Part shown: one piece after another, positions 5,650-7,491 of the stretch | Layout of the letters: the number at the start of each line of letters is the position of its first letter | Numbering within the stretch: position 1 is the stretch's first letter | Source of the DNA: Fonticula alba ATCC 38817 | Taxonomy: Eukaryota; Protista; Nucleariida | Strand: one strand, 5' to 3' | DNA: 7,491 bases | Assembly (NCBI GenBank): GCA_000388065.2 | Contig: KB932201.1 | The notes under the pieces: model-generated | What the model saw: the letters and a program-made list of their open reading frames with translations, nothing else | Database searches by the model: none | What the model was told of the DNA's origin: nothing | Made by a program: the position numbers and the translations under genes

Positions 5650-6694
5650 GTTCGTCTACTCGCGATCGCGTGCCCGGCCGCGCCGGCCTGCCTGTTGCCC
5701 TCTCGCTCGCCTTTCTCCTGTCCGGTCTCCTCACCACCTCTTGCATGCATCTCGGCCTGTCCTTCCCTCTGCGCGTGCGCAGCGTGCCGCCCCCGGCGAT
5801 CGATGCGCCGGCCGTGGAGCCCTTCCGCGCGGCCCCCTTCAACCCGCTGATCTTCTACCGGCCTGCGTCCACCGGGGTCCCCCGGGCCCGAAAGGCCGAT
5901 CTTACCCAGCCAAAGGTACTTCCCCCCCCCCTCCCCCCGGGCGATATGACGATCCAGCCCGCCCCTGCTTGCGGCGATGATATGTGGGCGTCTGGCCCCG
6001 CCCCACATTGGGGCACCATGTTGCGAGCAGGCCCTTCGTGTGCTGACCATCGTCGCCCCATGAACTCGTGTGTGTGTGTGTGTGTGTGCGTGTGAAGGCG
6101 TTCAACTTTCAAACTTCCAGCCGCGCTCGCCGGAGCCCGGCCCCCGCCGAGAACTCGGCCGGGGCAAGCATGCACCGACACCCCTCTTCGGGACCTGCGA
6201 TGCCGCCGGCTGCCGGTCGGTCGGAAGCACCTGCTCCCGCGGCGGCGCGGCCGGTGGCCACCTCGGCCCGAGGGTCGGACTCCGCGCCTCACATCCCCCG
6301 GCCGGTGGCCGGTGCAATGCGCGCAATTCCCTCGCCGTCGGGCGTCAGCTCCCTTGCCCCGGCCCCTTGCCTGCCGGGCCCCCCCATGCCTCGGAGCATC
6401 TCCCCACCAGGTGTCCCGCCGCCGGCTGCTCCTATCCAGCCCCCGCCGGCTGCTCCTATCCAGCCCCCGCTGGCCAACCGCCGTGTGGCCATCCTCTCGC
6501 AGGAGCCATCCTGGGCTCCGGCGCCGGTGCACGACAGCCAGCCCCAGCTGCATCCACAATGGCAGCCCCGGCGCTCGGCCTGGCAGGCGCCTCCCCCTCC
6601 GCCGCCGGTCGCCCCGCGCCGGCGGCGCTTGACCGAGCCACAGTCGCCGATGTTGCGAACCGCGCTCCGGAGCCGAATGCGTCAGAGGCGCTGA
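344..6694 (+). CDS. TPX2: TPX2-like microtubule-associated protein, 3 coding exons: join(344..5649,5783..5915,6098..6694), 2011 aa; long low-complexity N-terminal region and three C-terminal TPX2-type motifs
   Basis: Seen: first ATG in the window at 344, with the frame open for 5.3 kb. Exon lengths 5306+133+597=6036 nt are divisible by 3 and end at TGA 6692-6694. The spliced C-terminus contains VTVPQSPLLHTRRR, FRAAPFNPLIF...LTQPKAFNFQTSSR and LTEPQSPMLRTALR. Established knowledge (recalled): TPX2 repeats have the form F[KR]A[RQ]P...[LT]T.P..F.[LF].T..R, and TPX2 ends in LT.P.SP. Inference: the symbol denotes family resemblance, not proven orthology. The true start could involve an exon upstream of the window. 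Confidence 0.75.
1073..1306 (+). repeat. Degenerate in-frame 18-bp tandem array (13 hexapeptide units, consensus approximately [EG]-P-[LF]-x-x-x)
   Basis: Seen: EPIARA RPFHEA GAPAKA GPFNET DSLNEL RPLNAP EPLSQV EPFSPM ESPDLA EAIPLA APLDSI GSFTLG EPLGAT. Position 3 is I/L/F in 11 of 13 units; position 2 is P in 8 of 13. Confidence 0.65.
1634..1801 (+). repeat. Coding hexamer repeat of 28 units, (E/K/G)-H, including (CATGAGCACAAG)4
   Basis: Seen: 168 nt built from GAGCAT, GAGCAC, AAGCAT and GGGCAT units; 28 His at every second residue. Confidence 0.97.
1802..1891 (+). repeat. (EP)6 from GAGCCG units, followed by (GAGCCCTTGCCC)4 = (EPLP)4
   Basis: Seen: EP units at 1802-1837; four exact 12-mers at 1844-1891. 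Confidence 0.95.
2777..2797 (+). repeat. (GCA)7 encoding poly-Ala
   Basis: Seen; read as Ala in the main frame. Confidence 0.9.
3719..3736 (+). repeat. (GCT)6 encoding poly-Ala
   Basis: Seen; read as Ala in the main frame. Confidence 0.9.
4595..4618 (+). repeat. (CGGTCT)4 encoding RSRSRSRS
   Basis: Seen directly. Confidence 0.9.
4640..4660 (+). other. Candidate monopartite NLS overlapping a full CDK consensus site (SPKRVRL)
   Basis: Seen: SPKRVRL. Established: K-[KR]-x-[KR] is the importin-alpha NLS core and [ST]-P-x-[KR] is the CDK consensus. Function is inferred. Confidence 0.5.
5650..5782 (+). other. Spliceosomal intron 1 (133 nt, phase 2)
   Basis: Seen: donor CAG|GTTCGT, pyrimidine-rich interior (about 5700-5770), possible branch point CTCAC at 5730-5734, acceptor GTGCGCAG|C. 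Removal joins AG+C (Ser) and shifts into the frame encoding FRAAPFNPLIF. Confidence 0.82.
5783..5915 (+). CDS. Coding exon 2: (S)VPPPAIDAPAVEPFRAAPFNPLIFYRPASTGVPRARKADLTQPK
   Basis: Seen: lies in the frame of track ORF 5670..6095 and is bounded by AG and GT. It encodes the first three-quarters of a TPX2-type repeat. Confidence 0.85.
5916..6097 (+). other. Spliceosomal intron 2 (182 nt, phase 0)
   Basis: Seen: donor AAG|GTACTT, poly-C run near the 5' end, branch-like GCTGAC at 6042-6047, (GT)10 tract, acceptor GTGTGAAG|GCG. Removal fuses LTQPK to AFNFQTSSR, completing the motif. Confidence 0.85.
6068..6087 (+). repeat. (GT)10 microsatellite just upstream of the intron 2 acceptor
   Basis: Seen directly. 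Confidence 0.95.
6098..6694 (+). CDS. Coding exon 3 (AFNFQTSSR...RRRRLTEPQSPMLRTALRSRMRQRR*)
   Basis: Seen: lies in the frame of track ORF 6068..6694. It completes motif 2, has a Pro/Ala-rich linker, and ends with motif 3 (6629-6670) just before TGA. Confidence 0.82.
   Translation, partial: AFNFQTSSRARRSPAPAENSAGASMHRHPSSGPAMPPAAGRSEAPAPAAARPVATSARGSDSAPHIPRPVAGAMRAIPSPSGVSSLAPAPCLPGPPMPRSISPPGVPPPAAPIQPPPAAPIQPPLANRRVAILSQEPSWAPAPVHDSQPQLHPQWQPRRSAWQAPPPPPPVAPRRRRLTEPQSPMLRTALRSRMRQRR
6419..6470 (+). repeat. Exact 24-bp tandem duplication (CCGCCGGCTGCTCCTATCCAGCCC x2, plus CCGC) encoding PPAAPIQP x2
   Basis: Seen: copies at 6419-6442 and 6443-6466. Confidence 0.93.
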
Positions 6695-6743
6695 TCACAT
6701 GACCCAACCCCCTGGGGCGCCTGCCAAGACATCGCCACTTCAG

Positions 6744-6778
6744 GTGTGTGTGTGTGTGCGCGTATGCGCGCGCACATG
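6744..6778 (+). repeat. (GT)7 followed by GC/AT dinucleotides: 35 nt of perfect purine-pyrimidine alternation
   Basis: Seen: GTGTGTGTGTGTGTGCGCGTATGCGCGCGCACATG. Confidence 0.85.
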
Positions 6779-7030
6779 AATGTGCACTGTGTCCTGCGTG
6801 TGCTGCGCGCCGCCGCTCGGGTCTCTATGCGCGTGTCCAATACACCACAGATAAGGCCGGCGGCCCCCCCCCCCCACACACACACGTACGCCGGGTGTAC
6901 GAAGGTAAGAATGCACCTCACTCCATTCCGCATGCGCGTCGCGTCGACTGCCACCTCCGGCCAGCGGCGGGGTCCTGGCTGTGTGGAGCCGTGGCGCGGT
7001 GCTCCTTTTCGGTTCTCTTCAGCAGGAGCT

Positions 7031-7053
7031 GGGGGGCGGGAGGGGGGTGGGGG
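7031..7053 (+). other. G-run cluster G6-C-G3-A-G6-T-G5 (G-quadruplex motif; a C-rich tract before CAG on the minus strand)
   Basis: Seen: four runs of at least 3 G with 1-nt loops. Confidence 0.6.
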
Positions 7054-7196
7054 CTCTGTCGCCCACATCGGGAAATGTGCCTTGCGTTTGCCGGAGAGCG
7101 CCGGTCTGCCAGATGTTTTGATATTCTCGGCAATTACATGCTGTACCTCCAGATTGGCTGGGACGATGGTTGCCGGAGGCAGAAACAACAGTTGTC

Positions 7197-7226
7197 GGGG
7201 CTGGGGGCGGGGGGGTGGGGGGGGGG
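7197..7226 (+). other. G-run cluster G4-CT-G5-C-G7-T-G10 (G-quadruplex motif; a C-rich tract before CAG on the minus strand)
   Basis: Seen directly. Confidence 0.6.
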
Positions 7227-7437
7227 CGCCGGGATGGAGGTCTCTTCGGGCAACAGGCCAGCAAACGCACCTTCCCCACGTATCAGCCCCCCCCCCCCAC
7301 CCCCCGGCGTCGGGGGCACCCCTCCCCTTGGCAGATAACAGACTGACGAGTATTCTACGCGCGGGTGCTCTAGAGTTCTCCGGCTGGGGCCCCGCCGGCG
7401 GCCTGGGGGGCCCTCGGGCGGGTGTTTGCAGGAACAG

Positions 7438-7438
<1 letters not shown>

Positions 7439-7491
<53 letters not shown>
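7439..7491 (+). repeat. (AC)26+ microsatellite running off the end of the window
   Basis: Seen directly. Confidence 0.97.

Noticed and set aside
5650-5980. Last ~110 aa of track ORF 344..5980 (RFVYSRSRARPRRPACC...ARPCLRR) as the real C-terminus
   Set aside because: It is read-through of intron 1 followed by out-of-frame exon 2. The composition changes at the donor site, and splicing yields recognisable motifs.
5670-6095. ORF 5670..6095 as an independent gene
   Set aside because: Only 5783-5915 is exon-like; the rest is intron 1 and intron 2.
6099-6630. All three plus-strand frames open across most of exon 3 (possible overlapping coding)
   Set aside because: This is explained by the very high GC content. 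Only one frame carries the motifs.
7111-7170. Protein-like plus-strand peptide CFDILGNYMLYLQIGWDD
   Set aside because: It is in exact codon register with an equally protein-like minus-strand peptide. Neither is recognisable, and the strand cannot be decided from this window.
6068-7490. ORFs beginning MCVCVCV (6068, 6070, 6748, and minus-strand 7488 and 7490)
   Set aside because: These are GTG/TGT microsatellite artefacts. Only the 6098-6694 part of ORF 6068..6694 is supported.
1-7491. Transposon, retroelement, tRNA or rRNA
   Set aside because: I saw no terminal repeats, target-site duplications, transposase or reverse transcriptase motifs, cloverleaf structures or rRNA signatures.

Overview
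This is GC-rich (roughly 70% by eye) eukaryotic genomic DNA. It holds essentially one large, intron-containing, plus-strand gene that the ORF track splits across three frames. Removing two GT-AG introns (5650-5782 and 5916-6097) gives join(344..5649,5783..5915,6098..6694): 6036 nt, 2011 aa plus stop. The splice rebuilds a TPX2-type repeat (FRAAPFNPLIF...LTQPK|AFNFQTSSR), flanked by two more copies of the motif [VL]T.P..[PF].[LF].T..R. The product is therefore most likely a very large TPX2-like microtubule-associated protein. About 1750 aa of low-complexity Ser/Pro/Ala-rich sequence precede the motifs. That region carries a cryptic 13-unit hexapeptide array, a 28-His (E/K/G-H) tract embedded in EP repeats, a possible small beta-rich island, and an RS-repeat/CDK/NLS cluster. 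The 5' end has a pyrimidine tract and a possible 5'-UTR intron. The last ~800 nt are unresolved and contain GT/AC microsatellites, G-runs and splice-like signals on both strands. The composition and intron style remind me of Fonticula-like protists, but that is an impression only. I see no RNA genes, mobile elements or CRISPR arrays. Family assignments are from recalled motif knowledge; no search was run.
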